64,000 bases of DNA from the human T2T-CHM13v2.0 reference genome, Homo sapiens (GCF_009914755.1 NC_060932.1), one strand, 5' to 3'; positions 28,744 through 42,771 are shown, numbered from the stretch's first letter. Program-made: numbers and translations. The notes: generated by a model from the letters alone, not told the origin.

Positions 28744-28789
28744 ACACACACACACACACACTTGCCCACACGCACACACATACACACAC
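28744..28789. repeat. Interrupted (CA)n microsatellite
   Basis: Direct inspection. Confidence 0.9.
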
Positions 28790-29090
28790 CAGTCTTCTCT
28801 AACACTCCTAGACCTGAAGTTTAGCCAGAATCTAAGGACTGGAGCTCTGAGCAGGGGCAGGGGAACCTCCACTGCCCTAGTTCAGCTGTAATCCAACGAT
28901 CATCATTCACAAGTGAACTAGGGGGTCTTGAAAATATATGTCACGAGTCTTGAGGATTCCAGGAGCCTCAGGACTCTAAAAGCAATGAGGGATTCAGGCC
29001 ATGTGTCCATGTGCTACCATGATAAAATAGACCAAGGGTAATGAAAGGTTATTAGCGTGGAATAAAAGTTGAAGCTTGGAACTTGGGAGG

Positions 29091-29134
29091 CCTGTACCTC
29101 TTCTCTAAGCAACCTGTACCTCTTCTCTAAGCAA
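29091..29134. repeat. Perfect 22-bp tandem duplication
   Basis: cctgtacctcttctctaagcaa x2. Confidence 0.95.
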
Positions 29135-29196
29135 AGTGCTGTCTTCTGGATCTGTTTCCCCTTCTGCAAAGAAATGTGTTTTCCTGTGTTTTAGGC

Positions 29197-29330
29197 CAGT
29201 GTTTCTCAAATTGTAATGGGCATACAAGGTACCAGGGATATTGCTAATGGGAAGATCCTGATTCAGCAGTTCTGGGGTAGGCCTTGGGGGGTCTACATTT
29301 ATAATAAGATCCCGAGCTGCCAGTAACCTA
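29197..29330. mobile_element. MER5-like hAT-Charlie element
   Basis: cagtgtttctcaaa..ctgattcagcagttctggggtaggcc. Confidence 0.7.
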
Positions 29331-30959
29331 CATAACACCTTTGCCTGAATTAGAAAAAGTGTCTCCCTCTGGGTAGATGCAGCCCTGTGGTTGCCTTTGT
29401 AAAAGGAATTCTTTTCCTGTGCAGTTTTACTAGTGATGTGCAGGATGTATTTCAGCCCCTGCATTTCTTCGGACAGTGCCTTTGAGCAGTGCACAAGTTG
29501 CCCGTCTGCACATGGCAGTCCTCACCACGTAGACAGATGTCTCCTGGACTACTGCGAAGACAGCCTTGCTTCTGATCCTTCTGAGATGTTCTGCTACTCT
29601 CCTTCCTTCACAGCACAACTCAGCCAAGCCCATCAAGGCATTTATTCTAACTCTCATTCTTTTAGAAATACCTGTTTTGTTTTGCTTTGTTTTTCAGAGA
29701 CTGCCAGAATGACATGTAGGAATGAACTTATTCCTTCTCTACTTAAAAAAGAGAGCTTGGCCCTTGGTTCCTCACTCTCCAACGTACCCCTACTCAGCCT
29801 AGAGTTCTCTCTAGGGGCTGCACGGCCGATCCCCTCCACTGCTTCTGCTGGAGTTCTTGCCTCTGGGGTTTAATATCTCACATCACTTATTAATTCAGGA
29901 TCTAAACAACTAAGCTCCTGTACCTAGTCTCAGTACGTGATTATTATGTGGTTTTCTCAGATCTTTTGTTTTTCATCAAATATTACCCCTCCTTTACAGG
30001 GGATCAGACATAAAGGCAAATAGCCAATTGCTTGAGATTTCACTAAGCTTGGTGTTTACCTTGGATGGCAGCATTCGGCGAGGTGTCCAGCTCTGAAAGC
30101 TTTTCTTAGCCACACCCCTGCGTGGGCTGCCTTGTTCTGTCCTGTCTATCATTGGGGAGAAATTTAAAAATATGTGTTTGTCTCCCCAGCGTTGCCGAAT
30201 TCTTTCCTTTATAAGAGCTTAAGGTCAAGGTTGGGAGAACAATGGACCCAGTTAGGAGAAGCACCCACAGCAAAACTTTGAGGTCAGCTGTCCTGAGCTT
30301 TCTTCGAAGGGTTTGCTGCTGCTTATTCACGTATCTCTTGAAAAGAAACTTTCTGCCAAGGACAGAAAATTCTGATTTGTCTAAGTAGCAGACTGAGAGG
30401 AGCAACAAAGTGGCATAGGAAGATCACTGTGCTGAATCTGGAGAGTTAGGTTCTATTAACTCTGGCTGCTTGCTTGAATTTTCTGTTATATCTATACAAT
30501 GTTGCAAGAGAATTAATAACTTTAAAGGTCCCTTCCAGTTTTAAAGTTGTAATACTCTATGAAATTTCTTGGCTTTAACAGTGTATTTTCTGTTAAGCTA
30601 AATTTATGGGGTTAAAAAAACCCCTGCATTTTGAAACAATGGACTAATTTGTAATCTAATTTATTTAACTGAGGATACCTTTGTAAAAGTTAGTTATGAT
30701 GTATTTTAGTTCAGAAATAATGGATTTGGGGCTTTAAGAAGTTTTAATTTCATTGCTATTTGGCCCCCGAGTTTAGAAGTTGAATTCCTACCAATAACAA
30801 AAGACCATGGCGTTGAAGTATGGTATATGAACAGTTGTGTTTGACACAAAGTGATCAAGTTATTTTTAATTTAGTTTTTATACTGGAAACAAGTCAGTCA
30901 TTTGAATAATATTCAAATGTGTATAAATCAAACTGATGTAAGTGAAAAAATGATCTCTC

Positions 30960-31365
30960 TCAAAATAAAGACCAAAACCAAATAGAAAAAAGATATTAAC
31001 AGACTGGACTGCACACAGAAAGGAAAATACAAATGGTTCTTGAACACATGAGTAGATGTTCAATTTCACTCGTCATAAGATAGATGCAAAATAAAACTAT
31101 CCCAGGCTACCACTTATCACCTATAAGGTTATCAAGGATCAGAAAGTTTGATAACACAGCCTAAATTATCTACCAATAAGAGTGTGTTTAAATAAATTAT
31201 GATGTATCAATACAATGAAATAATATTCAGATGTAAACAAAAAAGTGAAAAATAAAAAACACTCCAAAAATGAGAAAGCTTTTCTATGTACTGATAACAG
31301 GGAAGTTTCCAAAATGAGGTTGAAATATAGGATAAGAAAGCAATGGTGTGTACAGCATGTCATCG
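30960..31365 (+). mobile_element. Old L1ME 3' fragment
   Basis: agatgttcaatttcactc..atgcaaaataaaactat..aaagtttgataacac. Confidence 0.65.
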
Positions 31366-32606
31366 TTTGTTTGGTTTGTATAAATAGTTGGGATGGATTT
31401 CTTCTTTAGTTACGTACATCTGTTTTCTCTCTGGCTTCTTGCTGAGGGTGGTACATGTTATCAACCATGATGTACTTCACCGTGTAAATGAGATGCAGGC
31501 ACAACAAGGAAGGCTATTCTCTGGTGTGTTGGACATTTGTGTATTTCCTTCCTTGAAGGAGATCCTCCTTTCTTTATTCCTCCATGTCTGCTGCAGCAGG
31601 TGGTATAGACTAGAGTCCCTTTCAGTGCTACTCTGATGCTCCGTTAGTCTCTCCCACCCACTGCTTTTAGAGTGCAGTTACGTCTTGGGCATACAGCATG
31701 CCCAGAGGGATGAAAGTGGGGCTGGGGGTGGGAGGAGCTTAACTGGCACAGTTACTCCAGGAAGAGCTCCAGAGCTAGACTTTCCAATCAAAGGGGCATA
31801 GAGTTATTGCAAGAAAAATATATATCACTGATGGAAACACAGGGAAATATATTACAAGGAACTTGTGAGCCAAATTTCAGAACTTTCTGGATCAATTGAA
31901 ATTAAGAAAATAGTTAATTCTCTTTCATTACGTGCCCCCATAATCGCCCCCAAAGGCTCACAATTTTTCTTCCTATTTGCCCCAAGCTTGGAGCTTCTCC
32001 GATACTCTCTAGGAAGGGGTTGCATTTGCTTCTGGTATTTTGTTTTGTGACTTTCCTGCTTTCCTTTCTCTGACCATGCAATCTCATTTTAAAAATTTTC
32101 CAGCACCGTCATTGTTCTGATCTTTCAAAAATATATTTTCTGACCTTTCAGTAGGGACTTGGGAGGGAGGAGGGTTATGACTGACAGAACTCTTTCTGGC
32201 ATAATGGTGCATCTTGAGGGTTTGAAGTGTGGGGGCCAGAGGAACACAAGGTTGAGATATTACTTTCCCTGGCACCTTCTCTGCCAGGTTGCCCACACCT
32301 TTGTAAATAGCTCCTTGACTAAACTCTCACACTGCCCATTTTGAGAGTGCTTCTTGCAGGGCCCCTGACTGATACAGACCCCATTTATAAGACAAAGAAT
32401 AATTGACAGCTGTCAACATTTGTAAGATTTTTGGTTCACGTGGTTTTCTTAAAGCTCAGCTTATATACAGTATTACCCAGACTATAGAGAGTATGGAGAA
32501 AATATTTTACTTTTGTCTGGCTACTATGAGCTAGAGTTTAGGCAGTGTATTAGTCAGGGCTCTCCAGAAACAGAACCAATAGGATCTTTATAGACATACA
32601 GATATT

Positions 32607-32894
32607 GGCCTGGTGTGGTGGCTTATGCCTCTAATCCCAGCACTTTGGAAGGCCGAGGCAGGTGGATCACTTGAGGTCAGGAGTTGGAAACCAGCCTGGT
32701 CAACATGGTAAAACCCCATCTCTACTAAAAATACAAAAATTAACTGGGCATGGAGGCATGCACCTGTAGTCTCAGCTACTCAGGAGGCTGAGGCAGGAGA
32801 ATTGCTTGAACCCAGGAGGCAGAGGTTGCAGTGAGCCAAGATTCTGCCACTGCACTCCAGCCTGGGCGACAGAGCGAGACTCTGTCTCAAAAAA

Positions 32895-32895
<1 letters not shown>
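32607..32895 (+). mobile_element. AluS
   Basis: Alu dimer. Confidence 0.95.

Positions 32896-32896
<1 letters not shown>

Positions 32897-32940
<44 letters not shown>
32897..32940. repeat. (TATC)11 tetranucleotide STR
   Basis: Pure repeat at the Alu tail. Confidence 0.97.
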
Positions 32941-32943
<3 letters not shown>

Positions 32944-33634
32944 ATTTATTAAGAAGGACTGGCTCAAGCAATTGTGGAGGCTGAGAAGTCTCTTGATATG
33001 CCAACTGTCTACAAGCTGGCAGCCCAGGAAAACCAGTGGCATTATTCCAATTCAAGCTCAAAGGCCTCAGAGCCAGGGGAGTCAATAGGGTCAATTCCAT
33101 TCTGAGTCTGAAGGTCCAAGTAACCAGCAGTGTTGATGTTGGCGGGCAGGAGAAGATGGATGTCCCAGCTCAAAAAGATACAGCAAATTCCTTCTGCCTC
33201 TGCCTTTTTGTTTAATCCTTGACACATTGGTAAGGGTGGATCTTCTTAACTCAGTCTATTGATTCAAATACTAATCTCTTCTATAAACACCTTCAGGGAC
33301 ACACCCAGAAATAATGTTTTACCAGCTATCTGGACATGCCATGGCCCAGTTGAGTTAATACATGAAATTCACCATCACAGGGAGATACAAAGTCATTCAT
33401 TCACACATTCACTCTGCAAAGCCCTTACTTGGCTCCTGTCACACTGTAAACTCTGGTTAGACCACAAGGAATATATAAAAGAAGGAGTGTATGGGATCTC
33501 TGCCCACAATGTGTTTCGAACTGTTGATGAAAGCAAGACATTCACAAAAGAAAGAAACAAAAGGTAATATAGGAGATGTGATTATAAAACCGGTTTATTA
33601 AAATAAATTCTAGCACATAAAAGCTCGAAGAGTC

Positions 33635-34016
<382 letters not shown>

Positions 34017-35850
34017 TCAGAGCTGATACCTTGAGCCCAAGTCTTCCATCGTGTTCTTTCAGGGTGCCGCCACCTCCCTACCCTACACTGACTACCTCCC
34101 CTTTAACAAATATTCCGTTGGTGTCATATTTCAGGAAGTTAATCTAAGGCAGGCTTATGGCTAACTGAAACTTTTAACAAGTACACAACAACTTGTACAT
34201 ATCTGAATTATGGTAGCTTATATGTAATTTTAAGATATTGCAGCCACAGTTACTTTATAATCACAGGTGTGATGTCCAATGTAATTAGGGTGGATCAAGA
34301 ACCAAAGAGAGGGAGAAGTTTGGTCTTCTGACACCCAGGGGAATCCCTCACCACAACTCCTTGCATGGGGCAGCCCTTTTTCTGGCTCCTAAAGGGCCAT
34401 GTTCAGCATTACTAGTGGTTATGTATCTTGGTGTGACCTCTCAGAAGTGCAACCACTCTTGTGTGGATGTATCATCAGGGAGATCCTGTTCCCCATGGGA
34501 GCTTCAGAAATATACATGTCTTTAGAGCAAGAGAGCAGAAGCAAGAAGGACCAACGCCCTCCTGAAGGTCCCAGTCACTACTGACTTCCCAGTCTCCCTT
34601 GTGGTAGTATTTCTCATTAGAATCCGCAGCCCTTCTCTGATCTTCAGAGAACTCCTGTTATTTCTTGATAGAATTTCCAATGACTCTTGGGCTTTCAGAC
34701 ATTAACAACCCCAAACACTGACATCCAGGAAGAAAGTGGTGTTTGGAGATCCTATATGGCTCCATCTGTGACTGGTACCAGGTGAGCTGATGATGCAGCT
34801 CTTAGAGGACACCCTCTGGGCCTGTGTCCCTGCATACACGTGGGGACAGCTTCTGCCATCCACTAACACCTCGACAGGACACCTCAGGGCTTCACTCATG
34901 GGATCTGATAGCAGATATTTATGTAGATAAAAATACAGTTGTATTTCTGCTCCCTAACTGAGGAGAGAGAGACACAGATATAAAAATATTTATTTGTGAC
35001 TATTTCTATTTTCCTTGATACGCAACACAATATTTTAAAATGTGATCATAACTTTTAAATCAAGGATATAATAAATAAGATAAAAGGAGTGAAAAACACA
35101 ACTAAATATGGTTTATCACAGGAGTGTTGGAATTGTTTAACATTAAAAGATTCTCCAATGAAATTGACCATAGTAGCATATGGAACAAGACAAAAGAACA
35201 TATAATTATTTTTATAGATTCTGATCAAATTTGGTATAAAAGTTGACATCATACATGATGAAAGCAAACACAAAATCAAAATAGTGTTTTCCCAATTATG
35301 AATAAAAAGTAATTTGATAAAATATTTTAAACAAAATGTCAAAGCAAACATCATAACGAATGGCCAAACAGTAAAAATATTTCTGTACAATTGGAAACAA
35401 GTAAAGGATATCCCCAGTTACTACTTTTATTAATCATTTTACTGAAGTTCCTACCAACTTAATGAGATAAAGAGTATAAATAAAGGGAATATAGACTGGA
35501 AAGGAAAAAATAAAATTGTCAACGCAGACAGTACGACTATACACAAAGCATTCCAGCGACTCCTACAAACTGTTAAAATAATAATTATTGGATGTTTTGT
35601 CAATTGCCCCCAAATACACAGCATTCTGTACACCAGCAACACAGAAGTAGCAAAATGCAATTTGAAAAAAGATACCATTTCAAAACGTAACAAAAAACAA
35701 TAAGGTACCTGGGAATAAATTTAACAAAAGGTGTTTAAAAACCTTATGAAGAAAAGGATAAAATGTTCTGGAAGGAAATAAGTAAAATGCAAGTAAATTA
35801 AGTAAAAATGACAATCCTCTCCTAAACAAATCCCCAAATGCAATGTAATT

Positions 35851-36220
35851 TCTTTTTTATTTTATTTTATGTTTTTATTTCCATAGGTTTTTAAGACTAG
35901 GTGGTATTTTGCTACCTAAGTTCTTTAGTGGTGATTTATGAGATTTTGGTCCACGCATCACCCGAGCAGTATACACTGAACCCAATTTGTAGTCTTTTAT
36001 CCCTCACCTGCTTCCCACCCTTTCTCCGCTGAGTCCCCAAAGTCCATTGTATCATTCTTATGCCTTTGCATCCTTGTAGCTTAGCTCCCACTTATGAGTG
36101 AGAATATACAATGTTTGGTTTTCCGTTCCTGAGTTACTTCACTTGGAGTAATAGTCTCCAGTCTCATCCAGGTGTCTGTGAATACCATTAATTCATTCCT
36201 TTTTATGGCTGAGGAGTATT

Positions 36221-36284
<64 letters not shown>

Positions 36285-36637
36285 ATTTCTTTATCCACTC
36301 ATTGATTGATGGGCATTTGGGTTTGCTCCACATTTTTGCAATTGTGAATTGTGCTGCTATAAACATGGGCGTGCAATGAAATGTTTTCGTATAATGACTT
36401 CTCATCCTCTGGGTAGATACCCAGCAGTGGGATTGCTGGATCAAATGGCAGTTCTACTTTTAGTTCTTTAAGGCATCTTCACACTGTTTTCCATAGTGAT
36501 TGTACTAGTTTACATTCCCACTAGCAGTGTAGAAGTGTTCCCTTTTCACCATATCCACACCAACATCTATTATTTTTTTTTATTATGGCCATTCTTGCAG
36601 GAGTAAGGTGGCATCCCATTGTGGTTTTGATTGGCAT
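35851..36637 (-). mobile_element. 5'-truncated L1PB-like element
   Basis: PMFIAAQFTIAKMWSKPKCPSINEWIKK; 17-bp TSD ccaaatgcaatgtaatt. Confidence 0.92.
36226..36281. repeat. (AT)28 pure dinucleotide repeat
   Basis: Direct inspection. Confidence 0.97.
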
Positions 36638-38739
36638 CCAAATGCAATGTAATTGCAAGCAAAGGTTTTGTTGAGGGTTGTATGGTATATTCCTAACAGA
36701 TAAGGTAAAGTCCTAGCTCCCAGGATCTGTGAATGTGACCTTATTTGGACATAGTCTTCACAGATGTAATCAAGTTAAGATGAGGTCATATTAGATCTCA
36801 CCCTAATCTTTATAGGAAGGCCACATGAAGACACAGAGACACATACAGGGAAGGAGGCTGGGCGATGTTGGCTGTGTGAGGATGGACACAGAGATTGGAG
36901 TGACACAGCTACAAGCCAAAGAATGCCAACCATTGCTAGAAACCACCAGAAGCTCAGGGAGAAGCATGGAACAGATTCCCTGCTCCTGGTCCCCAGAAGG
37001 AACCAACCCTGCTGATGCACCCTTTTGGACTTCTGGCCTCCAGAAGTGTGAAAGAACAAATTTCTGTATTTTTAAAAAAATTTCTAATAAGACTGGACTT
37101 ATTCAATTCCCTAGTAAAAGTTTTGATTATAAGTAGCCAACAGTATAAAAAGTACAAAATAGATCTGTAGATTTCTAATATATTAATACAAAGTGCATGA
37201 CTACATATAGTACATCCTACAGGTGAAGAGAGGTGGAAGAGGAAGAAGAAGACTGTGGTTGAGGTCTAGCAATAAACAAATAAATACAGGAGTAGAGATG
37301 ATCCATAGCATAGTATATTCTACCACTAATGCTGCAGCCAACATATACAAAAAAAATTTTCAAAATAACTCAGGAGGATGACAATGGCTGGACTTTTGTA
37401 ATTCGCCTCAAAGACTGAGGGAGAGCTGACCCAGCTCACTGTATAGTCTGTGCATATGGTGGCTTGTAGCATGTAGGTTTTCTCCAAAAGAAGGAAATAT
37501 AAAATGTTTAGATTAAGAACTATAAATCTACAGGGTGCCCATAAAAGGTGGCTCACTCCTTATTGTTATACTATCCGATTTTTAAAATTCAGTTTAAAAA
37601 ATAAGCACTGAGTCTTGTTATTACAAGGCAGGCAAGTGCTTCTCCCTCATTATGAAAAGACTGAACTGGTGATACTTTTTCCTGAACATTTAGAAAAGAG
37701 GCAGTAAGAGTGCTTTGGTTTGGGTTCGAGTGAGAGGCTTTTCATGAGGATTTTAGGATTGAAGGGCTCTAAGTTCAGGTTAGTTATCTCAATGTTCAGA
37801 AAGCCTGAATAAAAGAAGCCAAACAAAAACCTACCCGCTTAACGTGAACAGAAACCTCTTTTCTTTTAGAAAAATTTGCTTTTAATACAGAGTAAAAGAA
37901 AATAAAAACCTAATAGGCTGAAACAAGTCAAACACTTGCTCTACACAGGTAAAAGCCTTCACAAAGGTCAACTGAAGTAATCCAGAGCTGAAACTGAATT
38001 GTGCAGATTTTCAATGAAGTCATCAAAGTCATGTAACACAAGCAAAAGCTGATTATTTACAAACTCAGCAAGCCCTCTAAGAAATGTGCCCCAGGTAGCA
38101 TTAACCTTTGTTTTGTGCCATCCTGAAGACTTGCGCATTGTATTTTTCAGATAGTTTAACATTTTTAATAGGGTGTGTTCTCTACCATGTGATAATGCCT
38201 TGGCACTATTCCTGCAGGGTCTCACCTGTCTTGCCATTTCCCCAAGAGAAGCTTTGATTCTGCTTTAAAAGTTTCACGTACATTAAAATCTTTGTCAAAT
38301 ATTAATATGAAGGGAGGTAGCACAGGACGCAACGTATACAGTCAAGTTACTTCTCTATATATTGAGAAATTACTTTCTCCTCCAAGGTATTTGCAACAGA
38401 AAGCTCAGTCTGTCCTGCTTAATAATCAGTAGTACAGGTTGAATCATCAGAACCTAGGCAAGACCTTAATATTTCAAAATTATTAACAGCTACCTCTAGG
38501 GGAAAGTCCATGTTACTGAGTTATGACAAATTTATTATCATAAGGGAAAACAAGTGTAGCTAGCCATCTTAAAAAATGCCCCAACCACTGCTTCTCAATA
38601 CAGAAAGACTAAAAATTACAGTTTATCATAAACAAATCCTGCCTTTGTCCCCTGAAACTCCCCTAGTTTCATTCATTAGAAGGGGATTTTAAAACAAGAC
38701 TTAAAGAGTACTTTACAGCAGCATTCAGCTTTCCTATGA

Positions 38740-39088
<349 letters not shown>

Positions 39089-39355
39089 GTGCAACTCTTT
39101 TTTTAGTGAGCTAGACACTGGCTTCAAAGTTTGTGGGACTGGGGGAAAATCAACCCATTCAAAACTATTCTAGAAATTGTCTTTTGGCAGAATAGCAGGT
39201 ATCCAAGTGAAAAATAGGAGGGTCAGATTGTTGCTTTGTGGTCTTTTCAAAATTTAGATTTTTTTGGTTCCCCTTTTACATGAAAACTTCAGTCTCTACT
39301 CCTGAGTGGGGATGGACAGAGGCTTTGGCCCCTGCTCCTCTGGCTTCTCAGCAGC

Positions 39356-39577
39356 CCCTTCCCTTCCCTTCCCTTCCCTTCCCTTCCCTTCCCTTCCCTT
39401 CCCTTCCCTTCCCTTCCCTTCCCTTCCCTTCCCTTCCCTTCCCTTCCCTTCCCTTCCCTTCCCTCCCCTTCCCTCCCCTCCCCTCCCCTCCCCTCCCCTC
39501 CCCTCCCCTCCCCTCCCCTCCCCTCCCCTCCCCTTCCTTTCTTCCCTTCCTTCCTTTCTTTCCTTCCTTTCTTTCTT
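39356..39577. repeat. (CCCTT)n-(CCCCT)n-(CCTT)n polypyrimidine tract derived from the Alu tail
   Basis: About 220 bp with no purines on the plus strand. Confidence 0.97.
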
Positions 39578-39859
39578 AGACAGGGTCTCACTCTGTCACC
39601 CAGGCTGGAGTGGGTGAGGTGGCGTGATCTCAGCTCACTGCAACCTCCGCCTCCTGAGTTCAACTGATTCTTCTGCCTCAGCCTCCTGAGTAGCTGGGAT
39701 TACAGGTGCACCACTATGCCCAGCTAATTTTTGTACTTTTAGAAGAGACGGGGTTTCACCATGTTGGTCAGGCTGGTCTCGAACTCCTACCTTAGATAAT
39801 CTGCCCACCTTGGCCTCGCAAAGTGCTGGGATTACAGGCGTGAGACACAGTGCCTGGCC
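39578..39859 (-). mobile_element. AluS inserted in the pseudogene CDS
   Basis: Alu dimer splits KKAA / AEKPEEQ. Confidence 0.93.
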
Positions 39860-40247
39860 CAGCTGCTTTCTTATGACTGCAGCAAGACTTGAAGAGATGT
39901 GTGTTGATGAGGACTTCCCCAAAACAGCCTTTATAGATGACCCCACAATGTCTCTTCTGTCTTTTCCAGTATGTGAGCTCTAAAAAGGAAAAAAACTGGC
40001 GTTCTGTTAGAACCAGAAACCATTTCTGTATCTGAGCTATCATCTAACTGGTTACTGTTACAAGGAGATTGAGCTGGGGGCGCATTTGAGGTGGTATTGT
40101 GAGCATCAGAATTATGACGTTCAAATTCCTTCTGCAGTTTACTGATCTGGATGCTTTTTATCCTGTTCTCGGATAGAGTTTTCACTTTCTATGGTTTCAA
40201 TGTACTCTTTATACTGGGTCCAGGCCTTGTAACTACCACATGATTCC

Positions 40248-40283
<36 letters not shown>

Positions 40284-41899
40284 CCTGCTCTCACCTTCTT
40301 CCGTCTTTTTACAAGCAGGACACAAGCATTGCAGATGTCTCCTGAGCAAGTCTCATGTAATCCAAAATGGCTCTGGAAGTCCTTTTCATAGCATTTACTG
40401 TCAGTGCATCGAGAACTGGAGGACTTAGCTCTGCAAATACACCAGCCTTCTATACTTTGGTACGTCTTTTGCTTATGAAAATCAAACATCTTTTCTTCTG
40501 GGCAATAGTCTTCCAAAAGCAGCTGTTCCACGCGAAATAACGTCCCCGAGGTGCGGAGTGCATGCCGGGTCAGCCTCGCCTCAAGCGCCCCCTCCTCCTC
40601 AACTGCCTTGTCTAGCCAAATTTCTGTAGTTTTTAAGCCACCCAGTTTGTGATGCTTTGTTGCAGCCATTCTAGGAAACTAGTACAGGTTCCAAACTTGA
40701 CAAGCTGATTATAAAATCCTACAGAAGAATAAAAGACTAAAAATAAACAAGAGGGAAGAAATGGAGGAGAACTTGCTCTATCAAATATCAAGACTTGCTG
40801 TAAAGCTATGGTTATTGGAACAGTTTTGATATTGACACACGGTTTCTAGGACAAATGACCTAGGCACAGGCTTATGAGTAGGTGGATACTTGAAATATGA
40901 CAGACGAGGCATCAAAATTAATGGAAAAGGATGAATTAGTCAATAATAGTATTGAAACATTCATTGTAAGTGGATCTATAAAATCAGATCCTTATATCCT
41001 ACACAAAAGGAAACTCTAAATAGATTAAATACTTAAATGTGAAAAGCAAACTCTGAACCATGTAGGAGAAAATAGAGAAAATCTTTAACTTCAGATAGGC
41101 CAAAACAAAAAAGATTCGACTATAAGCAAAAAACAAAATGCCTTTAGTAAATTTTGTGCATGCAAAAAAGAAAAAAGATTTGACTATAATGACAAAAATA
41201 ATAAATTAGGCTATATTAAAATTGAAATGTCTTCAACAAAGGATAGCATAAATAAAGTGCAAAGAAAGAAAATCCACTGATCAGGAGAAGAAATTTGTAA
41301 TCCATGTGACTAGGATCCACGGAGAATGACTAAAAATAGATGAGGCAAAGCAAAAAAATCGAATAGAAAAATAGACAAATGACATGAAGAGGCAAGATAT
41401 AAAGGAGAATCCCTAATGCTAATGGCTAATACATTTATAAAATTATTCTCAACCTCACAACAATCTGGAATAAGAAAATTAGAATAACAATGAGATCAAT
41501 TTTATTCCTGTAAGATTGAGAAAATGAAAGTCTAATTACACAAAGTGTTAGGGAAGATGTATGGAAAAAGGAACATTCATCCTTTGCTGGTGGGTGGGTG
41601 AACTGAAAGAACCACTTTGGACAAGAATTTGGCAACATCTAATACAGTTGAATAATGAGCACCCCCTCGGACTCAGCACTTTCATTTCTTGGCATCTGTC
41701 TTAAGAAACTCACAAACTGGAACATATGCAAGGATTCTCATCACTTTAGTAGGAGAATGAATACGCAACATATTGGATTCTACCAGGTAGTTAAAAATTA
41801 CTGATGTGGATCTCTTTATTTACAGATACATCCTAAAAACAATACTGAATGAGGAAAAAAGAAGTTGCAAAGGTAGATGAACAGTATGATTTCACTGGA

Positions 41900-42285
41900 A
41901 ACTCACCTGGGGCTGGTTGGTCTAGGATGGCTCATTCCCAGATCTAGTGGTTGCTGCTGGCTGTTGGCTGGCTGATCTGGAGGGTCTCACTGTGACAACT
42001 CATCTCCGCTCCATTTGGTCTCTCATCCTCTAGATCAGGATGGAGTATCAGGGAAGTTTTCCAAGGTAGTGGGAGTACAGGCTATTGAGGCTTAGGCTTG
42101 AAAGTCACCTAGTGTCACCTCTGCCACATTCTCTTGGTCAAAGCAAGTCAAAAGACTCTTCCAGATTCAAGAGATGGAGAAATAGCTGTCACTTCTTCAT
42201 GGCATGAGCAGTAAAACCACATTGCAAAGAGGCCTGCATAGAGGGATGAGAAAAAAAATTGTGGTCATTTTTTGCAATCTCCCTC
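41900..42285. mobile_element. Old MLT1-type LTR fragment
   Basis: ctgccacattctcttggtcaaagcaagtca..cagattcaag motifs. Confidence 0.65.
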
Positions 42286-42624
42286 AATGTACAAAATGGA
42301 ACTCCTAAACTTCCCCCTAAAAATATGTTGTCCCTGTTCATCCCTATCTAAATTGATGGGATTTTGAGCCTTCTGGTTGCTCAAGTGAAAAACTTTGGAT
42401 TTATTCTTAACTTTTCTCTTTCTCTCAAATCCCACACCCTACCATTATGAGATAATGTTCACACTATATCAGAAATATATCCAGTGTCCTACCACCTCTA
42501 ACTACCCCCATTGCTATGGGTTTGATGGGAACCACCATAAACTCTCACTTCGATGATTGAAATAGCTCCCTAATTGCTTTTCTTACTTCCACCCTTGCAA
42601 AATCTCTTTGAGAAAAATATTCAG

Positions 42625-42771
42625 TTGGGCATGGTGACTCATGCCTGTAATCCCAGCTACTTGGGAGGTGAAGGTGGGAAGACTGCTTGAGCCAAGGAGT
42701 TCAAGACCAACCTGGGCAACACAGCAAGACCCCATCTCAAAAAAAAAGAAAGAAAAGAAAAGAAAAGAAAA
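42625..42771 (+). mobile_element. Alu monomer (FLAM-like) with (AAAAG)n tail
   Basis: Single monomer. Confidence 0.85.

Larger units (their letters stand above)
32546..33379 (-). mobile_element. ERVL solo LTR (MLT2-type) split by an Alu
   Basis: tgtattagtcagggctctccagaaacagaaccaatagga..aaattcaccatcaca; near-TSD ggcag/gggag. Confidence 0.88.

Noticed and set aside
39238-39663. Low-complexity ORFs (PFPSL)n and (GREGK)n; also 57268-57646 and 36081-36444
   Set aside because: Microsatellite translation artefacts
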